Assembly: GCA_963751835.1 (NCBI GenBank)
Contig: CAVVWD010000001.1
Coordinates: 8,636-72,635 of the forward strand
Direction of reading: 5' to 3'
Length of the DNA: 64,000 nucleotides
Source: an uncultured Thermoleophilaceae bacterium
GTDB taxonomy: Bacteria; Actinomycetota; Thermoleophilia; Solirubrobacterales; Thermoleophilaceae
Each line of letters starts with the position of its first letter. Position 1 is the stretch's first letter. The translations under genes were made by a program, and so were the position numbers. Below, piece by piece: positions 35,276 to 44,199 of this stretch. Under the pieces are notes generated by a model. That model saw only the letters and a list, made by a program, of their open reading frames with translations. It had not been told where the DNA came from and did not search any database.

Positions 35276-36800
35276 TCAGCGGCGCCGGACTCGTACGGTG
35301 CGGCGCGTGACCGGCGACCGGTTGCCGGCCGGATCGGTCGCGCGGAGGCTCAAACGCACCGTGGGACGGCGGCCGCGGCGGAGGGCGCGTCGCAGGATGC
35401 GCGCCTGGCGGCGCTTGAGTCCGACCTTCAGCCGCAGGCGACGGCCCACCTGTGACGCTCGCGCGACCCGCCGGGCACCGGCCAGGCGAAGCCGCCGCTT
35501 GCCCACCCTGAGAACGCCGGCCGCCGCAATGGTGCACGCCTCGTTACAGCCCGCGTAGGCGACGGCGCCGCGCAGCCTGAGGACTCGCTGGCGGCGCGGG
35601 ACGCGCGTCCTCAGCCTGGGAGCCCGCGTGTCGGCCGGCGCGAGCGGCGCCGGCGGCGGCCCGATCACCGGGGTCGGGTTGATCCGCAGGATCTTTCCCA
35701 GCAACGAGCCCACGCTCTGCGCGTCACCCTCGGGATCGCCCTGCCCGCCTCCGTCGCCGGTCGACAGATATAGGTAGCCGTCCGGGCCGAACTGCAGCTG
35801 GCCGCCGTTGTGGTTGCCGGCGGCCGAGTGCTCGATGGTGAGCAGGTTTCGCCGAGTGGCGGGATCGGCACGGTTCGGATCGGTGGCGGAGCGGCGTACC
35901 TCGTCCAGCGTGAGATCGCCGTCGTTGGCCGTGTAGAAGACGAACACTCGCCCCGAGGTGGCGTAGTCGGGCGCCACCGCGACGGCGAGCAGGCCCTGCT
36001 CGCCGCCGGTTGCGACCAAGGCGTCGATATCGAGGAAGTCGTGCACCTGACTGCCGATACGAAGCCTCACGTGGCCGCCGAGCTCGGCGATGAAGAGCCT
36101 GTCGGGATCGCCGGGCGGGCGCGCGATCGCGGCCGGCTCGGTGAAGGTGCCCGACCGGCTGCGCCATGAAGGATGTTGCCGCTCGCCGTCGAGGGGGAGA
36201 CGGGGCCCGCTTGCGAGGTCACGTAGAGCCGGCCGAAGCCGTCCTCACCGAACGAGGTGAGCTGCGGGACCGACAGTGGCCGTGAGTTCCGTCGGTGGAG
36301 TCCCCGTGGCGCCCGGCCCTAGCCACCGGATCACCCCGCCGTAGCGGCCGAAGAGGTAGCGGCCCTGGAATGAAGGCGCCCAAGGGATGGGGTCACGGAC
36401 GACATAGCCGCCGAACGACCGGCTCGCCCGTCTCCGGGTACGTGTGCTGGGGCGGCCTGTGTCCCGGTGCGGTACAGCCGCCGGGTCCGACAGCGTTTCC
36501 CTCGTGACAGTTCCAGCCCAGGTTCGCCGCCGCGCTCTGCGCGCGCGGCAGGAACGTGATCTCCTCAGCGACACTCCCCCCGACGTCCCCGATGTACATG
36601 TCCCCGGTCAGCCGGTCGAACGACCAGCGATACGGATTCCGCAGCCCGTAGACGTACACCTCGGCCCGCGCCCCCGGGGTATTGACGAACGGGTTGTCCG
36701 GAGGTATCTGGTACGGAGCTTGCGCGGAGGCCGTGGGCGCCGCCAGGCCGGCGACGGCGGCCAGCAACACCGTCACTCGCGCAGCTGCGAGATGAGGCAC
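35276..36800 (-). pseudogene. secreted PQQ-dependent sugar dehydrogenase (SGDH)-like beta-propeller, circularly permuted block order, Arg-rich C-terminal domain; three frame disruptions
   Basis: Signal peptide from GTG 36800 (or 36776), then IPPDNPF, YGLRNPYRWSFD, GDVGGSVAEEI, NLGWNCHEG, GGYVVRD, GRYLFGRYGG and FGEDGFGRLYVT. These are followed by PDRLFIAELGGHVRL, EQGLLAVAVAPDY, NHNGGQLQFGPDGYLYLSTGDGG and LLGKILRINP, then a tail of 116 aa. Frame changes occur near 36413, 36277 and 36197. Confidence 0.7.
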
Positions 36801-37732
36801 TCCCTCGGCTCCTTGTCCTCGCGCCAGCGTTGCAGCTTGGCGCCGTGGCGGATCCGGTTCCCCGTGATGTGGTCGAAGCCCACCTCGACCACGAGCTCCG
36901 GGCGGAGGCCCTCCCAGATGAGCTCCTCCTCGGACTTCCAGCGGCTCGGCTCGCCGTGGCCGCGCTCGCCGGTGCGGTAGGGCTCGAGCTTTTCGAGGAA
37001 CTCGCGCTTCTGCTTGGCCCGAAAGCTCGAGGTGTGGCCGACCACGTGCAGCTCGCCGGCGTCGTCGTACATGCCGAGGATCAGCGAGCCGACCGTCCCC
37101 TCCTCCTTGCCAAAGCGGAAGGCCACCACCACTGCATCCGCGGTGCGGACGCGCTTGATCTTGAGCATCCCGACGCGTTCGCCCGGGCGGTAGGGCGCCG
37201 CGCCCTCCTTGGCGATCACCCCCTCGCCCGTGCCGGCGAGCCACTTGCCCGCCGCCTCGAGCTCGGCGGTCGACTCAGTGAGCTCGACCGGGTCGGCAAC
37301 GACCGCGGCGAGCCGCTCGCGACGTTCGTCGTAGGGGAGCTCGAGCAGCGTCTCGTCATCCTCAGCCAACAGGTCGAACGTCACCAGCTGTGCGGGCGTC
37401 TCCTTCGCGAGCCGCTCCACGCGCGAGGCCGCCGGGTGTATGCGCTGGGAGAGCAGGTCGAACTCCTGGATCCCGTCCACCGTCACGACCATCTCGCCGT
37501 CGAGCACGAGCCGCTTGCCGGGCAGCGCGAGCACCTGTTCGACGACGTCCGGGAAGTAGCGGTTCATCGGGCGGCCGTTGCGGCTCTGGAGGTGCACGTC
37601 GTCACCGTCGCGGAACACGATCGTGCGAAAGCCGTCCCACTTCGGCTCGTAGCGCCAGCCCTCTCCGTCCGGCAGGTCGCGGGCGGACTTCGCGAGCTGG
37701 GGCTGGACGGGAGGGGCGAGCGGGAGCTTCAC
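36773..37732 (-). CDS. ligC: ATP-dependent DNA ligase (LigC-type, ligase domain only)
   Basis: 319 aa. Adenylation motif I YEPKWDGFR. Nucleotidyltransferase plus OB-fold layout, ending ...RWREDKEPRECLISQL. Confidence 0.85.
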   Translation of the reverse strand: MKLPLAPPVQPQLAKSARDLPDGEGWRYEPKWDGFRTIVFRDGDDVHLQSRNGRPMNRYFPDVVEQVLALPGKRLVLDGEMVVTVDGIQEFDLLSQRIHPAASRVERLAKETPAQLVTFDLLAEDDETLLELPYDERRERLAAVVADPVELTESTAELEAAGKWLAGTGEGVIAKEGAAPYRPGERVGMLKIKRVRTADAVVVAFRFGKEEGTVGSLILGMYDDAGELHVVGHTSSFRAKQKREFLEKLEPYRTGERGHGEPSRWKSEEELIWEGLRPELVVEVGFDHITGNRIRHGAKLQRWREDKEPRECLISQLRE

Positions 37733-37748
37733 GGAGGGGCACGTTAGC

Positions 37749-38831
37749 GTGACGGGAATGAGGATCGACGACGCGCGCGGGCTGTGGGACCAGGAGACCG
37801 TCTACCTGAATACGGCGAGCTACGGGCTTCCTCCGCGTCCCGCCTGGGACGCCCTGCAGGCCGCGCTCGGCGACTGGCGCGCCGGACGCACGAGCTGGGA
37901 GCACTGGGGAGACTCGACGGAGGCCGCGCGTCACTCGTTCGCGCGGATGTGCTCGGTCCCGGTCGGATGGGTGGCGATCGGGGCGAACGCGTCCACGATG
38001 GTGGGGCTCGTGGCGGCCGCCCTTCCAGACGGCTCGCGAGTGCTCTCGCCGGAGGCGGAGTTCACCTCCGCGCTCTGGCCGTTCCTGGCCCAGGGGCGCG
38101 GCATCGAGGCCGATTGCGTGCCGGCCGGCCGGCTGGCCGAGGCGATCGACGCCGGCACGGACGCCGTCGTGTTCAGCGCCGTCCAGTCCTCGAACGGCGA
38201 GCTCGCCGATCTGGAGGGCGTGGCCGCTGCCGCGGCGCATCACGGCGCGCTGACCGTGATCGACGCAACCCAGGCGTGCGGCTGGCTCCCGATCGACGCC
38301 CGCCGGTTCGACGTGCTCGTCTGCTCTGGTTACAAGTGGCTGCTCGGGCCGCGCGGCACCGGCTTCATGACGGTGCGGCCCGAGGTCAGCCAGCGGCTCA
38401 CACCCCACGGGGCGGGCTGGTACGCGGGCGACGACCCACACGATTCCTACTACGGGCCGCCGTTACGGCTGTCGAGCGAGGCGCGCCGCTTCGACGTGAG
38501 CCCGGCGTGGTTCTCGTGGGTGGGAGCGGCGCCCGGGCTCGAGCTGCTTGTCGACATCGGCCTGGAGCAGATCAACGGGCACAACCTGCGGCTCGCCAAC
38601 CTCTTCCGCGATGGCCTCGGGTTGGAGCCCGGCGACTCGGCGATCGTTGCGACGGAGGTCCCGGGCGTCGAGGAGCTCCTGCGGGGGTCAGGCGTCATGG
38701 CCGCCGGGCGAGCCGGCCTCCTGCGGACCTCGTGGCACCTGTACAACGACGAGAACGACGTGGAGCGCGCGCTCGACGTGCTCAGCCGCGCCGCGGGGCG
38801 GCCGCCGGTCCGAGGATCCGCCTCAGCATGA
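37749..38831 (+). CDS. class-V-fold PLP-dependent aminotransferase/desulfurase-like enzyme
   Basis: 360 aa (GTG 37749, alternative ATG 37758). YLNTASYGLPP, IDATQACGWLPID, VCSGYKWLLGPRGTGF (PLP Lys). Confidence 0.8.
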   Translation: MTGMRIDDARGLWDQETVYLNTASYGLPPRPAWDALQAALGDWRAGRTSWEHWGDSTEAARHSFARMCSVPVGWVAIGANASTMVGLVAAALPDGSRVLSPEAEFTSALWPFLAQGRGIEADCVPAGRLAEAIDAGTDAVVFSAVQSSNGELADLEGVAAAAAHHGALTVIDATQACGWLPIDARRFDVLVCSGYKWLLGPRGTGFMTVRPEVSQRLTPHGAGWYAGDDPHDSYYGPPLRLSSEARRFDVSPAWFSWVGAAPGLELLVDIGLEQINGHNLRLANLFRDGLGLEPGDSAIVATEVPGVEELLRGSGVMAAGRAGLLRTSWHLYNDENDVERALDVLSRAAGRPPVRGSASA

Positions 38832-39582
38832 AGTCGCCGAGGCGCGGCGAGATCCCGTTCGCTATCCGCAGCAGCCGCACGATCGGAGGATGGAAGAGCT
38901 CGCGCCGGTCCTCCTCCACCGCCACGACGACGCGCTCGCCCAGCGGTCCCGCCGGCGAGCGGCGCTCAGTCCGGTACCACTCCGGCATGCGCTCCCACTC
39001 ATGGTCGTGCAGCGAGGTCTCGATCTCACCGGGGTAGACGGTGGTCACCGACACGCCCGTGCCGTGGAGCTCGTGGCGGAGCGCTTCGGCGAAGCCACGC
39101 TGCGCCGCCTTCGTCCCGTTGTAGACGGCCGCGCCCGGAAAGCCGCGCAGGCCTCCGCCGGACGAGAGGATCACCAGCTGGCCGCGGCCACGCTCGATCA
39201 TGCGCGGCAGGGCGGCTCGGACGGTGTTGAGCGTGCCGACCCAGTTGACCGCGTTCATCTCCTCCGCCTTGTCGGCCGGGAGCTCCGCGAACGGCATGTA
39301 GTGGGTGAGCCCGGCGTTTGCCACCAGTACGTCCACGTCCCCGAACTCGGCGACGGTTCTCGCGATCGACTCGGCGTCCGACACGTCCCCCTCGAGCACC
39401 ACGTGCCGGCTTCCGGGGAGCTCGGAGGCGAGGGCGTCGAGCGCCTCGCGCTTGCGAGCCACGAGCCCGATCGTGCAGCCCCGCGTGGCGAAGGCGCGGG
39501 CGATCGCGGCTCCGATGCCGCGCGAGGCGCCCGTCACGAGCACGCGGGTTCCCGGTCCGACCTGCATTGGAGCGCGCAGCAT
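38782..39582 (-). CDS. SDR family oxidoreductase
   Basis: ATG 39582 (alternative 39567) in ORF 38782..39672. TGASRGIG, NAG, SSGGG, YNGTKAA. Confidence 0.85.
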   Translation of the reverse strand: MLRAPMQVGPGTRVLVTGASRGIGAAIARAFATRGCTIGLVARKREALDALASELPGSRHVVLEGDVSDAESIARTVAEFGDVDVLVANAGLTHYMPFAELPADKAEEMNAVNWVGTLNTVRAALPRMIERGRGQLVILSSGGGLRGFPGAAVYNGTKAAQRGFAEALRHELHGTGVSVTTVYPGEIETSLHDHEWERMPEWYRTERRSPAGPLGERVVVAVEEDRRELFHPPIVRLLRIANGISPRLGDFMLRRILGPAAAPRRG

Positions 39583-39613
39583 CCCAAACGGGGGCCCGAT
39601 CGGGCCGGGTAGG

Positions 39614-40336
39614 ATGGCCGCAATGTCCCACGAGCAGGTGACCGTCGCCGAGGAGGAGTACCTCCAGATCATCTACTGGCTCCAGGAGGCGGGGCTGCCG
39701 ATCACCGGCGCGAACATCGCCCGCGCCATGCAGGTGTCGGCGCCGACGGTCCACGAGATGATCGGCCGCCTGGAGGCGGACGGCTACGTGACCCGCGCCG
39801 CCGACAAGTCGCTCGACTTCACCGACTCAGGCCGCGGGCAGGCCACCCAGATCGTCCGCCGCCACCGCTTGATCGAGCGCTTCCTGACCGACGTGTTCGA
39901 CATCCCCTGGGACCAGGTCCACGAGGAGGCCGAGCGGCTCGAGCACTGGATGTCGCCGGTGGTCGAGGAGCGCATGCTCAAGGCGATCGGCGACGCCAAG
40001 ACCTGCCCGCACGGGCACCCGATCTTCGAGGGCGAACGCGAGACCGGCGTGCCCCTCGCAGACGTCGAGGAGGGAGCGCAGGTGCGCGTGCTGCGCTTCG
40101 AGAACGAGGCCGAGGACCTGCTCCACTACCTGAAGGACACGGGCCTGCATCCCGGGCTCGAAGGAACGCTTTCACGCTCCGGCGACGACGAGGTCGTCCT
40201 CGAGGCGGCCGCGGGCACCCACTCGGTCACCCGCAGCGTGGCCGAGACGGTCTCGGTGCGGGCCGACCCCTCGCCGCCGGCACGCACCGCCCTGCCCGAC
40301 CAGCTCGTCCTGGGCAAGGAGCGCTACGGGCGCTGA
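39614..40336 (+). CDS. DtxR/IdeR/MntR family metal-dependent transcriptional regulator
   Basis: ATG 39614 (alternative 39623) in ORF 39305..40336. EEYLQIIYWL, SAPTVHEMIGRLEADGYV, RRHRLIERFL, CPHGHPI. FeoA/SH3-like C-terminal domain. Confidence 0.85.
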   Translation: MAAMSHEQVTVAEEEYLQIIYWLQEAGLPITGANIARAMQVSAPTVHEMIGRLEADGYVTRAADKSLDFTDSGRGQATQIVRRHRLIERFLTDVFDIPWDQVHEEAERLEHWMSPVVEERMLKAIGDAKTCPHGHPIFEGERETGVPLADVEEGAQVRVLRFENEAEDLLHYLKDTGLHPGLEGTLSRSGDDEVVLEAAAGTHSVTRSVAETVSVRADPSPPARTALPDQLVLGKERYGR

Positions 40337-40385
40337 CCCCGTCGGGTGGGGCTTCTTGCGGGGTTGGTCTCCGCCGGCCGGGCCA

Positions 40386-40570
40386 GGGCTGGGGAAGGGT
40401 GTGTGGGATAGCCGCCGCTGCCGTAGTCCGGGATCCGGCGCAATCGTCCTGCCCTGGTGGTCTCCTGGCCCACTAGGGCAGGACGGTTCGGATTTCCCGC
40501 GAGCCGGCCGAACGATCTTCGATCACGTCCGGCCAGCCGCGGCCGACGAGCAACACCCCTTCCCCAGCCC
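40386..40570. repeat. 185-nt element bounded by 17/18-nt inverted repeats with an internal 11-bp hairpin
   Basis: GGGCTGGGGAAGGGTGT (40386-40402) versus ACACCCCTTCCCCAGCCC (40553-40570), complementary apart from one extra base. Inner hairpin CGTCCTGCCCT (40445-40455) / AGGGCAGGACG (40475-40485). Confidence 0.6.
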
Positions 40571-40616
40571 CATACGCGAGACCGACCCGCCGGCACCCTC
40601 CAGAGTCTCCGCGGTC

Positions 40617-41354
40617 TCAGTACGCCGCCGGCGCGCGGCGGGCGCGCAGGTCGTAGTAGAGGAGCGTCGAGAAGAGCGCCACGAACGGCGCCGTCACCGA
40701 CTCCGCGCAGATCGTGCCGGCCAGCGACCAGATCGCGTCGTCCGTGTTCGCCGCGATCCCCGTGAACGGCGCGGTGATCAGGAGCGCGGGCAGCGCGGCG
40801 GCCAGGTTGATCATCACAACGAGCCCGAATGTGCGCCACCAGAAGCCGCTCACGACGTTGCCGGACTCACGGAGGGCGTCGACTCGGCGCGCCCCGTCGA
40901 TCACCACCGCCTGCGGCACGAAGAACCAGCGCACCGCGAGATAGACGCCCGGGAGGATGAGGAGGAGGAGGCCCGCTGCGATGCCGACCGCAGCGATCAG
41001 CACCGCGAAGAACAGCGGCGTGAACGCCTCGAACCCCGAGACGAACGCCTCGCCCGCGCCGGGCCGCTCGCCGGCCGCGATCGAGCGCAGCGCATGGATG
41101 CAGATGGCGGTGATGATCGGCATGACCACCAGGAAGCCGACCACGGTCGGGACGGCGGCCTCGGCGATCGTGGGCGTGCCGTCGTACGGGCCGCTCAGCC
41201 GCTCGAGGCCGATCCCCTCCACGACCACGTGCACCGGCACCACCACGGCGGCCGACAGCAGGATGAAGACGCCGGCATGACGGCCGTAGACCCGGAGCGA
41301 GTCGCGGAACAGGGCCGTGATGTCGCGCGGCTGCGCGAGCGTCAGCCGGGTCAC
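40617..41354 (-). CDS. polytopic membrane protein of unknown function
   Basis: 245 aa. About six hydrophobic segments. The start overlaps the upstream gene's stop by 4 nt. Confidence 0.7.
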   Translation of the reverse strand: MTRLTLAQPRDITALFRDSLRVYGRHAGVFILLSAAVVVPVHVVVEGIGLERLSGPYDGTPTIAEAAVPTVVGFLVVMPIITAICIHALRSIAAGERPGAGEAFVSGFEAFTPLFFAVLIAAVGIAAGLLLLILPGVYLAVRWFFVPQAVVIDGARRVDALRESGNVVSGFWWRTFGLVVMINLAAALPALLITAPFTGIAANTDDAIWSLAGTICAESVTAPFVALFSTLLYYDLRARRAPAAY

Positions 41355-42469
41355 GCAGCCGCCCCGGCCAGCTCTCGGTAGGCATCGGCCACGCGTGCGA
41401 TGCCCTCCTCGATCTGGTCGGGTGGCACGGCCGAGTAGGCGAGCCGCAGAGAGCTCTCGCCGCCCTCGAGCAGGAAGTCGGTGCCCTTGACGAAGGTGAC
41501 CCCGCGCTCGCGGGCGCCCTCGAAGAGGGCGTTTCCGTCCGTGCCCTCGGGCAGGTCGACCCAGAGGAAGTAGCCGCCCTCCGGGATCACGAAGCGGGCA
41601 TCGGGCAGGTGGCGTGAGAGCGCCTGGCTGGTGGCGTCGCGGCGCTCGCGCAGCGCCTCCTTGACCGTCGCGATCGAGCGGTCGATCGCGCCCGAGTCGC
41701 AGAACTCGGCCACGATCGCCTGCGCCACCATGTTCGGCGAGATGTAGGTCTCGGTGGCCTCCTTGCGGATCCCGGCGATCGCATCCTTGGGCCCGACGAG
41801 ATAGCCCACCCGGATGCCGGGGCAGATCGTCTTCGAGAACGAGGACGCGTAGACGACGTTCCCGTCGGCGCCGCCGAGCTCGAGCATCGTCGGGTGCTGC
41901 TCGCCCTCGAAGCGCAGCTCGACATATGGGTCGTCTTCGAAGATCGTGAAGCCGTACTCGCGCGCGAGCTCGAGCAGTCGCCGGCGCTTGTCGAGCGACA
42001 GCGTGCAGCCCGCCGGGTTCTGGAAGTTGGGAATGATGTGTGCGAGCCGCGGACGGACGCCGCCGTCCAGCTCACCGGCGAGCGCCTCGACGTCGATCCC
42101 GTCGGCCTCGAGCGGGATCGCGAGGATCTCCGCGCCCAGCTTGCGCAGCGCCAGCAGCGTGCGGTCGTAGGTCGGTGCCTCCACCACGACCAGATCGCCC
42201 GGCGCGACCAGCTGGGAGAACAGGAACGCGTCCGCCTGCATCGAGCCGTTGGTGGCGATGATGCGGTCGGGCGCCACCTCATGCTTCTTCGCGAGCCACT
42301 CCAACAGCCGCGTGTAACCAGGGGAGGTGCCGTAGGCGGTCATCCCGCCGGGATCGCGCTCGAAGGCGCGGTCCGCGGCCGCCCGGAGATCGTCGACAGC
42401 GACGATGTCGAGCGAGGGCGCGCCGCGCGCCAGCGAGATGTTGGTCAGCTTCGCCACGCGATCCGCCAC
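41351..42469 (-). CDS. class I/II PLP-dependent aminotransferase (2-aminoadipate/MocR-type catalytic domain)
   Basis: 372 aa. TNGSMQA, PNFQNPAG, SFSKTICPGIRVGY (PLP Lys). Confidence 0.85.
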   Translation of the reverse strand: MADRVAKLTNISLARGAPSLDIVAVDDLRAAADRAFERDPGGMTAYGTSPGYTRLLEWLAKKHEVAPDRIIATNGSMQADAFLFSQLVAPGDLVVVEAPTYDRTLLALRKLGAEILAIPLEADGIDVEALAGELDGGVRPRLAHIIPNFQNPAGCTLSLDKRRRLLELAREYGFTIFEDDPYVELRFEGEQHPTMLELGGADGNVVYASSFSKTICPGIRVGYLVGPKDAIAGIRKEATETYISPNMVAQAIVAEFCDSGAIDRSIATVKEALRERRDATSQALSRHLPDARFVIPEGGYFLWVDLPEGTDGNALFEGARERGVTFVKGTDFLLEGGESSLRLAYSAVPPDQIEEGIARVADAYRELAGAAA

Positions 42470-42504
42470 GATACCGAGGGAGTCGAAAGTAGGGTGGCCT
42501 CGAG

Positions 42505-44199
42505 ATGAAGCGCAGTCAGCTCCTGATCCTGATCTTCGCCGCGCTCGCCGTGGCAGGCGTCGCGCTCGTGTCGGCCGGTGGCGGGGACGGCGGCGACGAC
42601 GACGCCGGCGACGGGGCAGGGCCGGCCGCCCCCGAGGGCGCCGTCGCCGTCTCGTTCGCGTACTCCCCAGAGAAGGAGAAGCTGCTCGCGCCGCTCATCA
42701 AGCGCTTCAACTCGGAGCGCGTGCGGGTCAACGGCAGGCCGGTCTTCGTCGAGGGCGAGGTGGTGTCGAGCGGCGAGGCGGAGTCGGAAATCGCGACCGG
42801 CGAACGCAAGTCCGTGGTCTGGTCGCCCGCCTCCTCACTGTGGGGGCGACTGCTCAACTTCGACGCCGACCGGCAGCTGGCTCCCGAGGAGAACCCTTCG
42901 ATCGTCCGGACGCCGCTCGTGATCGCGATGTGGGAGCCGTTCGCCGAGGCGCTCGGGTGGCCCGAGCGGCAGATCGGCTTCGGCGACGTGATCCGGTTGG
43001 CGCGCTCGAACCAGGGCTTCGCCGAGTTCGGGCACCCGGAATTCGGGAGCTTCAAGCTCGTGCACACGAACCCCGACTTCTCGACGTCGGGACTCGAAGC
43101 TGTGGTCGCCGAGTACTACGCCGCCACCGGCAAGAAGGAGGGCCTCACCGAGGAGGACATCGAGGCGTCGGAGGCGCGCCAGATCGTGCGCGACATCGAG
43201 CGCTCGATCGTCCACTACGGCGACACGACGCTCTTCATCGCCGACCAGATGCGGAAGGAGGGGCCGGGCTACGCGTCGGCTGTCGCGATGGAGGAGGTGA
43301 CGCTGCTCGACTTCAACAAGAACCGCGGCGGCCAGCCCAAGCTCGTCGCGCTCTACCCCCCGGAAGGCACCTTCTACTCGGACAACCCGTTCATCGTCCT
43401 CGATGGCGAGTGGGTGCGGCCGGCCGAGCGTCGGGGCGCCGAGCGCTTCCGCGAGTTCCTCGCCGAGGAAATCACCCCGGAGCTCGCCGCGCGCTCGGGC
43501 TTCCGGCCCGCGGACCTCGAGGTGGAGCCGGTCCCGCCCGTCTCCAAGGAAAACGGGGTCGACCCGGCGCAGCCGGAGCGGGTGCTCGGACTGCCGGAGC
43601 CGCGCACACTCGACCGCATCAGGCGGGCGTGGCGCGAGGACCGCAAGCCGGCCAACGTGCTGCTCGTGGTCGACACGTCCGGCTCGATGAACGAGGAGAA
43701 CCGGCTAGAGCGGGCCAAGCAGGGGCTCAACGCCTTCTTCCGGGAGGTCGGCAGGCAGGACAGCGTCGGTCTCAACATCTTCTCCGACCAGCTTCAATCG
43801 CTGCTGCCGATCGCGCCCTTCAGCCAGAACAGGCGAGAGCTCCGTGAGACCGTCGACAACCTGATCGCCGATGGCGGCACCGCGGTGTACGACGCGACCA
43901 TCGAGGGCTTCCGCTCGGTCCGCAAGGGTGCCACGCCCGAGCGGATCAACGCCGTGGTGGTGTTGACCGACGGCGAGGACACGGACTCGGCCGCCAGTGC
44001 CCAGGACGCTGTGGCGGCGGTCCGTGCCCAGGGCGACTCGGACAACCAGGTGCGCGTGTTCACAATTGCCTACAGCGCCGGAGCCGCCGGCGCCGCCGAG
44101 GCGCTGCAGGCGATCGCCGAGGCCTCCGGCGGACAGGCCTACGAGGGCGATACGGAGGACATCGAGTCCGTCTACCGGAGCATCTCGAGCTTCTTCTGA
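42505..44199 (+). CDS. membrane-anchored substrate-binding-protein-like / VWA (MIDAS) fusion protein
   Basis: 564 aa. N-terminal anchor LLILIFAALAVAGVALV. Periplasmic-binding-like module. C-terminal VWA domain with LVVDTSGSM and VLTDGED. Confidence 0.8.
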   Translation: MKRSQLLILIFAALAVAGVALVSAGGGDGGDDDAGDGAGPAAPEGAVAVSFAYSPEKEKLLAPLIKRFNSERVRVNGRPVFVEGEVVSSGEAESEIATGERKSVVWSPASSLWGRLLNFDADRQLAPEENPSIVRTPLVIAMWEPFAEALGWPERQIGFGDVIRLARSNQGFAEFGHPEFGSFKLVHTNPDFSTSGLEAVVAEYYAATGKKEGLTEEDIEASEARQIVRDIERSIVHYGDTTLFIADQMRKEGPGYASAVAMEEVTLLDFNKNRGGQPKLVALYPPEGTFYSDNPFIVLDGEWVRPAERRGAERFREFLAEEITPELAARSGFRPADLEVEPVPPVSKENGVDPAQPERVLGLPEPRTLDRIRRAWREDRKPANVLLVVDTSGSMNEENRLERAKQGLNAFFREVGRQDSVGLNIFSDQLQSLLPIAPFSQNRRELRETVDNLIADGGTAVYDATIEGFRSVRKGATPERINAVVVLTDGEDTDSAASAQDAVAAVRAQGDSDNQVRVFTIAYSAGAAGAAEALQAIAEASGGQAYEGDTEDIESVYRSISSFF

